Shown: positions 24,400 to 37,974, counted from the first letter of the stretch. The stretch is 64,000 bases of DNA from Sphyrna mokarran (GCA_024679065.1 JAGIQG010000023.1:44516001-44580000), one strand, 5' to 3'. Numbers and translations: made by a program. The notes: generated by a model from the letters alone, not told the origin.

Positions 24400-26870
24400 T
24401 ATAGGGATATTTAACAATAAATAGAATGTATACATTACAGCAAGGAAGAAAAATTCCTAGGAGAGGATCCATCGTTTGGGGTTACTTAACAAGTTAAATA
24501 CAGCATAAAACAAAAAAAAATTGCACAAAGATGGATGGCAAGACAGAAGATTGGAGGAATATAAAAAGTCAGCAACGGATAAATAAAATATTAATAAGGA
24601 GAGAAAATTAGAATATGAGGACAAAGTTAGCTTGAAATATAAAGATAAATACAAGTTTTTACAGATCTTTAAAAGATAAAAATAAGCTCTGGTCCTATAG
24701 AAAGTGCATCTGAGAATTTAGAATGAAGAGTAGGGCTATGGCAAATCAATTAAACTGATATTTTGCACCTTCACTCTAACGGAAATCAGTAACAAGCCAG
24801 AATAGCTGTAAAACTTGATTACATTCTGCATTCTCTTGTTTCCTTCTCTACAAACAGTATGTTTTGTCTATATAGCACGCAAGAAACAATACTTTTCACC
24901 GTATGTTAACACATGACAATAATAAATCAGGAAATGGATGAGGAGGAGGAACACAGACAATTACAAACAACAGCAAAGTGGTATTGATTAAATTGCTGGA
25001 TCTGATGACTGATATGTCCCCTAGTCCAGATGGACTACACCCTAAGGTCTTAAAAGAAGTGGCTAATGAAGTAGTCAAAGCATTGGTTTTAATTTTCCAA
25101 AATTCTCTACCTTCAGGGACTGAAAAATAATAAATTAATCTTATTCAAAAATGGAGGGAGACAGAAAACAGGAAACTTCTAAGTTAGCCTAACATCTGTT
25201 AAAAGATGTTGGAAGCTATTATTAAAGATGTTATTATAGCAGAGTACCTGGAAATTCAAGGCAAGCAGGCAAAGTCAAAGGTTTTGTGAAAGAGAAATCA
25301 TGCATAACCAATTTATTGGAGTTCTTTAAAGGAGAAAGTGCATCAGGAGAAATAATAGTAGAAAGAAAGAGACAGCAGATGAAGCGAATAGTTATTTGGC
25401 ATTGGTCTTCACAAATAACATCCCAGAAATAGCTGTATATTAGGAACTAGAAGGAAGGCAGAAACTGAAGAGGATTACAATCATAAGGAAATAATTCTTA
25501 AATTATTGGGACGGTGGGTCCAAATGGATTTTACCCAAGGTCAGAAAAGAAGTGGCTAGCAAGATAATGGATGTGTTGGTTTTAATTTTCCAAAATTCCT
25601 TGGACTTAAGGAAAAATTGCTAATGTAACTCCTTTCTTAAAAAGGCGGGAGATAAAAAGCAGGAAACTATAGGCCAGATAGCTTAACATCTCTCATTGGG
25701 AAAATGTTACAAACTATTATTGAAGACCTTATAATAGGATGCATAAATAAATGCAAGGTAATCAGGCCATGTCATATGGTTTTGTAAAAGAGAAATAGTG
25801 TTTAATCAAATTATTGGAGTTTTCTGAAGAAATAACCAGTGGTGTGTTTAAAGGGGAACTGATAGATTTTCAGAAGGGATTTGAGGTGGTATCTTTTCAA
25901 AGGTTTTTGCAGAAAATAAAAACGAATGGTGTAGGGAGGTAACATATTGACCTAGACAGAATATTGGTCATTTTACAAGAAACACTGGGCATAAATGGGT
26001 AACTTTCTGATTGGCAGGATGTGTTGAAGGGTATGCCACAATAGATCAGTGCTGAGTTTACAATTTTTATAAATGGTTTGAATAAAGCAACTGCTGATGG
26101 CACAAGTTGTAAACAGGATACAAGATGGTTACAGAAGGTTAAGTGAGTGACAAAGATATAGCAAATGGAATATAATGTGGAATCTTGGAAGGATGGATAA
26201 AAAAATTAGGCATATTAGGTAGAGGTGCCTGCATATCCTTGTGCATGGATCGCAACAGATCAGCATGCAGGTAGAGCAAGGAATTAGCAAAGCTATTAGA
26301 ATATTATTGTTTATCGCAACAGCAATTGAGTAGAAAAGTTATGTTTCAATTCTACAAGGCATTGATGAGACCACATCTGGAGTACTATTTACAGTTTTGG
26401 TCTCCTTATTTAAGCAAAGACGTACATTAGATGCAGTTCAGAAAAGGGTTACAAGATTAATACTTCAAATGGGCAGCTTTGTCTTATGAAAAAGAAGTGG
26501 ACAGGCTAGGTTTGTAACCATTGGCATTTAGAAGATTAAGAGGCAACTTGTTTGAAGCATTTAAGATCCTGAGAGAACTTGACAGGGTGGATGCCAAAAG
26601 AATATTTCCTCTCCTGGGAAAATCTAGAACTTGAAGTCACCCATTTGGAACAGAGATGAAGATTGAGACACTTTGGAATTGTCTTCCTCAAAAATGTGGT
26701 TGAGGCAGAATCCTTGAATGTCTTTAAGGCAGAGCCAGATAGATGCTTGATGAGCATCTATGTTAGCAGAGATAGGCAGGAATGTGAAGTCCAAGTGAAA
26801 ATCAGATGAGCCATGATCTTATTTAGACTCGAGAGGCCAAGTGGCCTGTTCCTAATTCATAAGTTCATGA
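24400..26870 (+). mobile_element. Degenerate CR1 LINE ORF2 plus tail, with an internal ~0.5-kb duplication
   Basis: Two similar segments (..aaagaagtggcta..ttggttttaattttccaaaattc.. at ~25050-25105 and ~25545-25600), RT C-terminus (ccacatctggagtact..ttttggtctcc) and tail ggccaagtggcctgttcctaattc. Confidence 0.85.
24818..24929 (+). mobile_element. Rex1/Babar-type LINE 3' tail nested in CR1
   Basis: caagaaacaatacttttcaccgtatgttaacacatgacaataataaatca matches the tails at 56750-56808 and 61905-61968. Confidence 0.75.
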
Positions 26871-28249
26871 AATTGCGGTTCAGTCGCAGGCAACTCCCTT
26901 AGAAAAGGGGAAAAGATTTGGCAAACGCCCTGGGCAAAAATGAAAGAATCAACAAAGTTACAAAAATTCCACTGCAAAACATACGCCTGTCAGAATTGGT
27001 CAAATTAAGAGCTAGAAGCACTGAGAAACCCTTCCCCTTCTCCAGCAACAGAAAGGAAAAGACAGGAACAAGAAAAGACAAGAATTTAAAATGGAGTGAA
27101 TGTACAGACCTCACTTAAAATTACAGACCAAGACAGCAATTAGTCTTATTCATGTTTGCTGACAGATGCATAGGGCACAATTAGAGTCAAAATGTGAGAA
27201 GTCAATCCTAGAATGTCTTGTACTTTTCAAAAATCTGATGAGAGAAGATAAATTTGCTTAATATGATCCAGAACAATTTAAAACAAAACTTAAAAAGGGT
27301 AATTGTAAAATGAGGAAAGGAGTAAGTATTTTCCCAGCATCCTAGTACTGGTTCAGGTTTAAGTACGCAATAAACGATACTTAATTCAATGAAAAAAACA
27401 GCCAGATTTTTGAATTAGGGTCTTTTTCTTCAAAAGTTCAGAAAATAATTGAATATATTATATTCAGAGGAAAAAAGCATTTACCTTTCACATACTCAAT
27501 ACATGTATACATATTTCACAATGTATGTCACAAATAATGGTTTTTTGAAGTATAATCACTATTATGTAGGCCATCATAGCAGCTAATTTATTGACAACAA
27601 TGTTCCATATTGGCTAGGACACTGGAACACTGCATAATTTTCTTAGTTCTACGGTGGCAAAAAATACATTTGAAATAATGACTCGTGGCTCCCGGGCATC
27701 TCCAAGCTTCCTGACCTTTATCAATATATCAATAGGCATGCTTGAGATTAATCAACAACCAAAAATATTTGCTTTAATCTTCTTTCCTCAGATAACTTGG
27801 TAGCAACAGAAACTTCTATTTCTTCCCAATTTCCTATCAGAAGGGTGTGAGATGGTGTAAGTTGCATATCCCATCAGAAAATTAGACATGCCTTTAACAA
27901 ACCAGATATAAAAAAGCAATGCTTTCTGTTTTTAAGCCCCATCACTGTATTACAACAAGGCGGCACCAGCAGCGTTAATTTATATTCTAGGAATTCCAAT
28001 ATATTTCAGCAACATTGCCCACTATGCATTCTTGGGAGTTGTGAACAATTAAAGGGATATGTAATGATATATGCTGGGAGTTTGCTACTTGCATGAATTA
28101 CTTCAGAGGCACTTGGGAGATAATACACAACTCAAGACTAAATCTGAGGGGAAAGACAAATACATACCCAACTCAAAACAGGATTGTGATTACACTACAG
28201 ATCTTATTTTCAGTACAATGCCTTCTGACAACATCAGATAGCAGAGAAA

Positions 28250-28420
28250 TTGGGACTCAAAATGTATTAAGTTGAAGCCCTCCATTCGACGGTTTGAACA
28301 GCCAAACTAGACTGGTACTTCAGTACAGTATTGCATTATCAGAAGTGCCTAATGAGATGTCAGATTGAGGTCCTATCTGTTCAAAAGGTTCTGAGAATTC
28401 AACCTGGCCAATTCAACCAA
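28250..28420 (+). mobile_element. Ancient Deu-domain SINE-like remnant
   Basis: tacttcagtacagtattgcattatcagaagtgcc..atgagatgtcagattgaggtcctatctg resembles the recalled DeuSINE core. Confidence 0.45.
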
Positions 28421-28744
28421 TTCAGACTAAGAGAGGTGACCAATTATCTATCTTGGCATCTTGTTGCAAGGCAAGTGGATGCTTCAAATAGCAAACATAA
28501 AATGGTGAAAGTCTTTTCATTAATGACAAATTAATAGTTCTGCTTGTTGCACAAAACTTGAAGAACTGTTTATTATAGAATAATTCCATTAGAAGCTTTA
28601 GAAATTTGATACATCTTATGAAAAAGGTATGAAGTTTTGTGGGGGCCTGAATTTGTTGAAACTCAGAAGCTACAAGTTGGAACACAGGAATCTGATCTTT
28701 AAACTTTGAATCCAAGAGCAATGACTCACCCTGTAAATAAGTCT

Positions 28745-29120
28745 TTTACCACCAAATCATAGGCCAGGAACCTTCTGGCTTCAATTCCTATTCTGTAGTT
28801 TGGCTCTCCAGAAATCAGCTGATCTAAGGCAACAGACAGGATTTAGTATTCCTGGATGTATTTTTGGGTGGGTGGTGGGCAGCATGGGGAATGAACAAAG
28901 GTAAGAAAAATATTCATCATCCTGTTTTCTCATTCTTGGTTGCTATTCAATTACTTCATTGGCAAATATAGCCATATAAATGTAGTAGTTTAGTATTTAG
29001 CCATGGTGCACTCTTCCCATCACTGACACATAATCTAGGTTTACACACAAAAATTGGCTCGCATAATTCAATCACTGAATTATATCCCCACACACGACCT
29101 ATTTACCAGACAAGAGGAGA
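28745..29120 (+). mobile_element. Ancient LF-SINE-like remnant
   Basis: B-box-like ggcttcaattcc, cagctgatct, cttggttgctattcaattac; similar in layout to 62670-62790. Confidence 0.35.
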
Positions 29121-31349
29121 AAAGTTGCATCTTTCTTTTCAAGTGAATTAGCAACAAGTACTTTGCAATTTTATCTCCTCAGAAGGAAAACATTTCCAGC
29201 TTTGAAACGAATATAATTATGTTAGTTTCACAGCACACCTGGCATATCAAAGTAATGATAGAAATCATTGCTCAAGGGTTTTCATCCACTGAAAGCCCTA
29301 ATGTACCGATGATTAAAAATTCCAAGAAAAATAAAAGAATAAACTTACTTCCCTTTTACAAACTTATAGGTCACAGAAGTTTTAGTTAATTATCCCAAAA
29401 GATTAGGACTAGATTTTTCTGTCAAAATATCAGTGAGACTACCAGTGCTTATCATTATTTGTGTGTTAATGTTATAGCAACTTCTAAGGTTAAGCAGAAG
29501 CATTATTATATGCTAATATCTAAAATAGTTTAAGTTGTGTTATTGTGCCATTAGTTTTAGAAATGTTTTGCTGTCTGCCCTACCACTGGCATGCAATAAA
29601 TATCATGAAGTTGCTGCAGTTGTGTTGGTACATACACACGAAACTCACCACAAAGTCTCAATTTCAAAAGCAAGCACTCTGAACAATGTAATACTTAATA
29701 AACTGATCTGACATAGAAGATTAAGTATTACAAGTGCAGTCTCATTACTTAATTGTTACTCAAGATTTCCTTTGTCATTTTCTGTCGAACCTTACTTCCC
29801 TTCTTATTTTTTCTTTCTGTACAAGTCAACAAATAATTCTTCAGTCTTTTTAGTTTATCTTTCAATCTAACTGGTTAAGGAGATCCACAGTTGGCTGCCC
29901 TGTTCCTTCTGATACCAGATATGGTTAACAACTTAGCAATTTAATCATTTCTTTACAAACTGAAAGGTGCAGAGATGTCCAACACCAGACACAAAGCATC
30001 CAGCTCTAGTCAAATATCGTCAATTAATTTGTGAAGTGCTACAGATTTGAACATATCTACGCTCTCACTACCTAGACAAACATTCCAGAGCAGGTGAAGC
30101 ACAAATCAAATGCAATGAATGATCATGACCAACATTCACCAATAATACACTTTAATTCAAAACTCTACTACAGTATTTCTCCTTTGCTTTCAGCTTCAGG
30201 GTTTTAGATGCCTATAGTTTGTGATAATATTTGAAGTACAGAGAATTTTTGCATAATGGTAAGTTCCCACTAAGAACTGAATGAAAACTCTCCAGCATAT
30301 TTATTTTCCTTTACATCAGGGATTAAAAATAAAACCATGTTCAAGATTATGAAGAAGATTTGGAATTTTTCTTACCCTAAATTCTGACAATTTGCAATGA
30401 TAATAACTTCGACAGAGATAGGTCCCAAAACACGGCACAGTAGCATAATCAGCGAAAAATTGATATTAAGGATGAAATACTCAGAGGGAAACTACAAACT
30501 TGGTCAAACAAATAGGTTTCAAGAAACCACAAAGAGATACTAAATTGGCAGACAGATTTATGGACAGAATTTTAGAGCTTAGGCCATGATGGCTTATAGT
30601 AAGCCCGTCAATAATAGGGTGAACAAGTGTAAGTTACAGAAGTGCCAAAAAAGTACAAAGTTCTGAGCCCAAAGCTGTAAATTGTTTAGCTAAGCTCTGT
30701 TAGTGGCTTACGAGAGTTAGTAGCACGCAAATTGGGTTTATGCTGAGTTGTGGGAAGGTGACATTTGAAAACCATGGTTTTGACTTCCCAATGTTTAACA
30801 AAAGGAAATTGTGATCCATCCATTTCGAGCTGAGTGTGGTGTATTGTTAGCTATTTTCCATTTACTGACACGGCAACACCACAGAGTGCTTCCCGTACTG
30901 TCTAACCCTGAAACAGCAGGGGAAGTAGTCAATATACGATTAAAAATATAACAACACAGTTGCCATTCAGAATCTTGTTTGATTGGAAATCTAGGCTTTT
31001 AGCTCCTTCTCAAATTTATTGAGTGTGCCTTCCCCACAGCGTGTATAAAAGCCTAAAATCACCCTTTGTAACACTGGACTGGCCTGCTAATCATATTTTG
31101 CATATTCAACAAATAAATAACAAACATTTGTGAGCTTTGGAGCCTAACTTGGGTTTATTGCACATCCTCCTAATCTCTAAATCTGGCTCAACTTCAAAAG
31201 AATAAACTTGCACACGTCTTCCATTCTTAAACTACTTTAGTAACTTCTGCTGTAGCATTTGTCGTAACAAAAATATTGGGACAAATCTTTACATGAAGAA
31301 TTTTCTCTTAGTTTTTAACTTGTGGCACCATTGTGATGGCTTCACCATC

Positions 31350-32530
31350 ATCTTAGCAAATGCACAAGCAAATAAGACTTTTAAATCAATCAGTCTCAGG
31401 AGTCTGCTTCCGATCATGTTACCAAGGGGAAGCATTAAATGAGAAACATGAGGGAACCAAACAACGGGGAAGGAAAGTCACTGCAGGAGATACTCTGGCT
31501 ATGACTGAACAGATGAAATGCAATTGGGTAATGGCAATCTAATTAAAGTAAATAGAGGAGTGACAAGTTCAACCATGTCAAGGCTGTACAGTGGTCAAAG
31601 TGACACAAAGTGTGCCACAATTAATCACAGATATGATTTTCAACTGAATATGGCTGTTTCAATGCAATGGTAGGACGCAAAGCCTAGGGATTCAAACAGT
31701 GAGTTGGAGACATATTCAAAAAACAATGAACATTTCGAACAAGACAAAATTGAAGATGGAATATTAGTTTGTAACAAGGGAAGTGATGATGGCAGTCTTG
31801 AAAGGAAGGGAGACAGAGTCTGAGAAGAGGGGACAGACATTGGCAATGGCAATTAACATTCTTTGTGGAAAACACAATTGATTGGTCAACAATTTAGCTG
31901 CAATATAGTTGAGAGAGCAGGAGATTACCAATACGAGCTCAGGTAGACAGAAAAGATAACAGTTCATGGCACGGTTTAGCTGTGAATGTGGGTAGGTGAG
32001 TTTATACAGAGAAAAATATTCAGGAAGGAAGAAAAAGCAGTATACAAAGGAGAGAGCTAAGTTGAGATGGAGGTTGAAATCACCAAGGGTAAGAAGGCAC
32101 TCAGTATGGAGCCTATGACAGAAAAGGAACGAGGCAATCTTGATGAAAAACTTGGATGACTGAGAAGAACAAGAATTTATTTTGAAAGAAGAGGTTAGCA
32201 TGTTGGAAAAAGCCAAGCACTCAAAAGGAAAAAAAAGTGTTACCAGGGGGGAAAAAAAAAAATCAATAATATGGATTTGAATACAGTGAGGTTGTGGAAA
32301 TAAGAGCATTGATTCCAAAGAGTGTTCATTCTGGAGGAACAAACAGTGTGAGAGATCGTGATTGTTAACCTGCTGGCAGAGTTTAAGATTTGGTGTTTGG
32401 GAGTTGATGATGGGTGGGGTGAGTGAGATAGGAAAATTGACAAGACTAGATGTCAGGAGAATGCAGGAGTTGCAACTGTTAGTTTTAAGGAGGCAGCAAC
32501 AAGTGCCTCTCTTTGGAGAATACTGACTAA
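31350..32530 (-). mobile_element. L2-like LINE ORF2 fragment (APE endonuclease region)
   Basis: Minus ORF 31764-32342 contains LLTLGDFNLHLN (APE GDFN motif); pyrimidine-rich coding strand typical of L2. Confidence 0.65.
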
Positions 32531-35066
32531 GGGAAGCTGTTACTCAGAAGGAATTCAAGCCTGGTCTGGATGCAGAATAGTAAGAAGTCAACCCAATACA
32601 AATTGAGAGCTCATACTGACTGGGCAGAGTAATTAAAAATGATCAAAATAACAATGAGTTTCCACAGACCCAAGACATGAATAAATTCTTCCAATCCTGA
32701 TAATGGATTCGGAGCTTCCAATCAATTCCTCAGGTACTGGGCACAACATATACTAAGCTTACTTTGAATAACTTTAAGCAGTATTAAAATAACCAATTGC
32801 TCTCTAATTTACCACTATTCATTCTCAAGACCCAGATATTGCACCACAAAAACACCTTCTCTTTCCATGCACATCCATTTCCAACTGGGAACTGAATAAG
32901 TGAAAAATACAGGCATAACTTTATATACTGTTACACTGTGGTACTGCACACTAAATGAAATACCACGTCAGTTCTTGGAGCATGATTGAGAGTTAGCTAT
33001 TATAAGCTCAGATTTGCTCAAGTCAGATCAAGGTTGTGGCTGATTTCAGAACTGAAAATGCAATAATTGCCACAAGTCAAATGACAATTTTTTTTTATGT
33101 ACAATTTTTTTTTGCATTTCAGTGAGCTCTTTATTAACTGATCTACAAGTGAGCCATTTTAAGCACCAAGAACTTTTAACTGTTAGCCTTGTACTTTAGG
33201 TAAATGACCTCTAGACTCTCAAAGTAACTCTCCTGATCTTCAAGGGTTCCACTCTCGCTGCTGTCAAAATCAGTGCAGAAACTCAAGTTATTACACTGTT
33301 ATTCTTCTTCTCTTCTCCCCTGCCCTTATAGATTTGGGGGAATGCTTTGCATCAGCAAGATTTTTCTTGACAATTTCTTGTTTTGGCTGTTTATCATCAA
33401 TAGGATTGTTTTCAATTAAATATGCATCCTTACATACTTGTCATTTCAGGTGTGTTGAACCCAGCCTAACAGGATTTAGTCCTGCAATTATGAAGTTTAT
33501 CACATTCACACCAATGCAAGGTCATTTATGGAATGAAATGCAGAAAATTGCTCATCAAAACACTCAAAGGTATTTATTCCACCAGAGCTGTCAAGCAAAT
33601 TTCATTACAGTATCCAATTTAAGTTATAACTGCAAGATATGACAATGAGGAAAATATTTGCTAACGATTTAAATACATAATTATAGCAAAAATATTCTTG
33701 ACCTGGAAAACTATTCTGAAGAAAAAGCAAGACCAATAACAAGGAAAGAACTGTTAAACACAACTGACATAGGAGGGTTCAATAGTCAGACATTCTCTGA
33801 CACACTGAAATGCTACTTTGCAAAATTGAAAATATTTCTATTATTTTGTCAATTAACTTCCACACATCACAACACAGCAAACAAAAAGCTAAGGATTATA
33901 TTGTTATGGAACAACAGAGTTTGATGAGAAGTCAATTTCACTGTTCAGATTTGGTTCAACATATTCAAAACTGATACTCTCAAAACCATTTAGCCTCTAG
34001 GCAAAGGGAACCATTTAGTTGTTTAATATTACAGCCTCACATTGGCAATTTTTACAGTCAAAATAGACATTTAATACTAAATAGATATGATCAAGAATTT
34101 CTACTGGAAATGTAAGCATTTCATGGGCCCACGCAAGTATGCCATCTACAGCAAAGAATCAAAAACTACAGCACTCTATCCAATACAGTAGCACTTGGGA
34201 AGCAAACTTATCTTTTAGCAGCCCAGTATTTGAAGTGATTTCAGTTCCCTAAGCACAGATATATCACCATTCAAAACAAGGCACAATTATATGAGAGGAT
34301 ATTTCAAGCTGCTGTATATACTAAACATGTAGCATTTTTTAAAAACATTCCCAACATTTTCTCAGACCATGCTACCTTTAACATATCATTATTCACCTTT
34401 CAAATACAGGATCATAAGATTATCTTTTCAAGAAGGGCTTCATTGGAAGATGCTTTTTGTTTTAGATCAGACAGATCTGCAGGTTTCCTGTCCACCCAGT
34501 ATAGGGCCAGACAGCACATATATCATTTTATTGCTGCTGGTACAAGTAACAAATATTTCATCAATGTAGAATACTTCTAGGGATGAAAAATGTACTGAAA
34601 GCTATACCATATTATCTTTGTACATCACTTGAGCAAATGAATGCCAGCAGGTACTCAAGAATTTTCTCTGTAAAATATTAAGTGCACTGTCAGTTCAGAC
34701 TTTCATTTTTAATTATTTTAATGAACAGAACAGAACTGAAAATGGATTTTCTGTTTCGTTTTAGAATTTAAATTAAAAACAACCTTGTTAAGAGTTTTTT
34801 TCTCAAACAACTCTCTGTGAGACTCTTGCCCTGGCTAACTACAAATGACTGCAAGATACAATTCCCTGGGCACCAGCTGACTCTAGTATCTCACACAAAA
34901 ACTTGTATAAGCATGTTCATCGAGGGCACCAGCAGCAGAAGGCGACCAAAAACTTCCCCAGCCTTCTACTTATACATAAAATATTGATTATTAACTCATG
35001 CTCAAGGACCAACACTCCCAAAACATCTGCCTTCCTTATACTGAAAACAGTTAATATACTATTAAC

Positions 35067-35327
35067 TGGGGACATAGCTTTAAATTAAGGGGTGGTAGTT
35101 ATAGGACGGATGTGAGGTAGATTCTTTACCCAGAGGGTGGTAAGGGTATGGAATGCCCTGCCTGCTGCAGTTGTAGATGCGCCAAGTTTGGTGGCGTTTA
35201 AGAGATTAGTAGATAAGTTTATGGACGAAAAGGGAATGGTTTAGGTTAGAGGGTCATTGCTTTTTGTTAATTGGTCGGCGCAACATCGAAGGCCGAAGGG
35301 CCTGTTCTGCGCTGTAATGTTCTATGT
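35067..35327 (+). mobile_element. Young CR1/HER1 3' end
   Basis: ttctttacccagagggtggtaagggtatggaatgccctgcc..ggccgaagggcctgttctgcgctgtaatgttctatgt; CpGs retained. Confidence 0.9.
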
Positions 35328-35970
35328 ACTACCCCAAATCACTCACTACTGTCCCTTGTAAAACTAGCTAGATGCACAGACGAGGAATTCAATCCAGGAC
35401 CCTACAACCATTTTAAAACTGTTTTCTGAATCCTCACTTCTGTCCAAACTAATTTTGACACATTAACGGTCTTGAAGAGAAGGGAAAAAAATACCTCTAA
35501 TTAAAGCTGCTGCATATAAAATTCTCAATTATTTTCCATACCCAATAATGAGCATGCTAAGTACATGTGTTTAACCAGTTAATAAAACTGACAGTGCACT
35601 GATTCTGAGTTTCGCACAATGAAGCGGACTTGAGAATTTCAAAGAAATCTCAGTACCTTGTAATTTAACTGGCAAGCAAAGTTGGATTCTCACACGAGTA
35701 ACAGGCAGAACAACACACTTGCACTAATTTAGGACCAACGTGCTATGCTTAAGGCAGGGGAAAAGACAAGGATCATCTGCTACTAGACTAATATGAACGG
35801 GATATGCAGAGGATTCAGGTACAGACAGTGCATCACACTCGTTACTGAGAGAAAGCAGTTTGAACTGGGCTGATGAAAGAAAACAGATAAAATACTATAT
35901 TAGAAAAAGATAGTTAAGAATCAAAATAGCAAAACTTAAAATAAATTAAAACCACGTTCGGATTTTTCAT

Positions 35971-35976
35971 TTTATT
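35971..35976 (-). terminator. Candidate intronic polyadenylation signal after exon 4
   Basis: Minus strand: aTGTAtgttttatgtgttcTGTAAATAAAatgaaaaatccgaacgtggttttaatttat, i.e. UGUA upstream and GU/U-rich sequence downstream. Confidence 0.3.
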
Positions 35977-36563
35977 TACAGAACACATAAAACATACATT
36001 TGTGTTCTTCAGCCTCTGTAAGCATTCAAATACCCTTATGAAGCTAAGGATGCAAAATGGGATAACGCCTCCCAGTGTCAATAAAATTGCACTCCAAAGG
36101 ATTTCATGTCAAATAGCAGGTTGCAGATAATTCAGCCATCTATATTTGTTGTTATCCAGGGGGTAAATAAGAGATGAGAAAGCTTACTAGTACAATGTAT
36201 TATTACAATCCAAGATAAAACAAATTTCACCCTCACGAATCGCAAGAGTACTTCAAATTGGTAATTCAACTCAAATTTTACAATATAGGATGAGAAAGGC
36301 TACTGTCAAATTTTAAATCAACCTCATTAACCCAGCAATCGCTTCTGAAGTTAAGGTTTACTTGAGGCAAGAGTAAAAATATAGTCAGGCTCCTATGACA
36401 TCTGGCCTGCAGAATGACCTGAGCTAGGAATCTTCAATGGTACTTCAAGGCATGAAATGAGAAACGGTTCTCTCCCAACACTATCATCCCTCAACTTCAT
36501 AAGCTCATTCACACATGCATAGAAAAAATATAAAAAGGAACAAACAAATCATTCTGTATTTAC

Positions 36564-36892
36564 CTGACTGTAAGTCACCACTGATAAGTTGCTAGAGTGA
36601 CTGTTAGGGGAGATATTTACAGAGTTCTGTGACAGTCCATTTTGATCTTGTTCATTTTGGTCTTCAGTTGGGCCCCATGAATTTTTACTAATGGGATTTG
36701 TACTTTGGCCCCCAGGGTCCTTCACATTGTTGTCTTCAGATTGCCTGTTTTTCTGTGGTGAAGCGAAAGGGTTAAAATTGCCTTCAATCTTGCGACAGGG
36801 TTGTGAAGAAAATTCTGTTTCAAATGAAGAAAGCTGCTGCGTAACTCCTAAAAGGCCTCCGATTTCAACACTCAGAATCACCCAAATCACAT
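36564..36892 (-). CDS. ILRUN: ILRUN coding exon 4 (329 bp)
   Basis: Translates (D)VIWVILSVEIGGLLGVTQQLSSFETEF...NFNPFASPQKNRQS...NLSVVTYSQ. Acceptor ctctcAG at 36894-36893; donor CAG|GTAAAT, phase 0. Confidence 0.97.
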
Positions 36893-37669
36893 CTGAGAGC
36901 GACACAAAAGCATGGAATTATGATAAGCATGGCAATTGTGACTTTTAGAGCTAAAATTTCATTCTGTAAAAAATTCTAATTATCCACAGAAAACTCAGTA
37001 CAATTTACATTTAAATATTTCCCACCCCATATAAACATGTTTTTTTTAAATCAATATACAATGGTGAGCTTCCAGTTAGGATGAATTGCAAATGTACTTC
37101 CTTCTCCGACTTGCAATTTTGCCTTAGGAAAAAGATTGTTTGAAAACAAAGAAATAAACGAAGAAGAAATAAAGACAGCCAACAATGTAAACAGTTTTTC
37201 TATTAGATGTCCAAATATTATTTTTGTTCTCAATTTTCTGCTCATTTGACTAACAACACATGGCCTTTCCAAGGTTACCTTGAACGATGGCAAGGCTATT
37301 CGATTATGAAAGGTCATCACAGCCAAGCTTATTACTACTTTAATAATAATACATCTACATTCGGCAAAGGGAGGGAAGCAGTCATTAACCTGTAATCAGT
37401 GCCCCACAGCCCCTCCCTCATCATCATTTCATCGGAGTGTATCTACATCAATTATGGCATCTTACCACCACAGATCTGAGATAAATCAAGCTCATTCCTG
37501 CTTAATGCCTCTATGAATAAAGACTTCCCCATGAGATGGATTTTTGCATCTTTTCATGCCATACAGAAGTCCAAATTAAAAATGCACAACGGAATCTTTT
37601 CCCAAGTCTCAAATCACATTCTATAGTCAATGAGGAGATACACAAGCACAACAAAGAGGTGATTCTCAG

Positions 37670-37974
37670 ATCCCTACAGTGCATTTGATCTAGCAAGATT
37701 ACATCCACTCCCCAAAAGAGCATCCTACCCAGGCCCCAGCCCTGGAACCTCATGTATTTATCCTATTAATCCACCTAACCCACATATCATGGGAAACTAA
37801 GGGGAAAGTCAGTATGGCCTATCAACCTAAACCGCACATATCTGGACTGTGGGAGGAAACCAGAGCACTTGGAAGAAATCTACGCTGACACAAGTAGAAC
37901 AGCAAACTCCACAGTTACTCAATGCCGGAATTGAACCTGGGTCTTAATACTGTGCTAACTTTTGTGCCGCCGTG
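37670..37974 (-). mobile_element. HE1-type V-SINE
   Basis: Antisense V-domain ggactgtgggaggaaaccagagcac, B-box ggaattgaacctggg and head gtgctaac...gccgccgtg. Confidence 0.85.
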
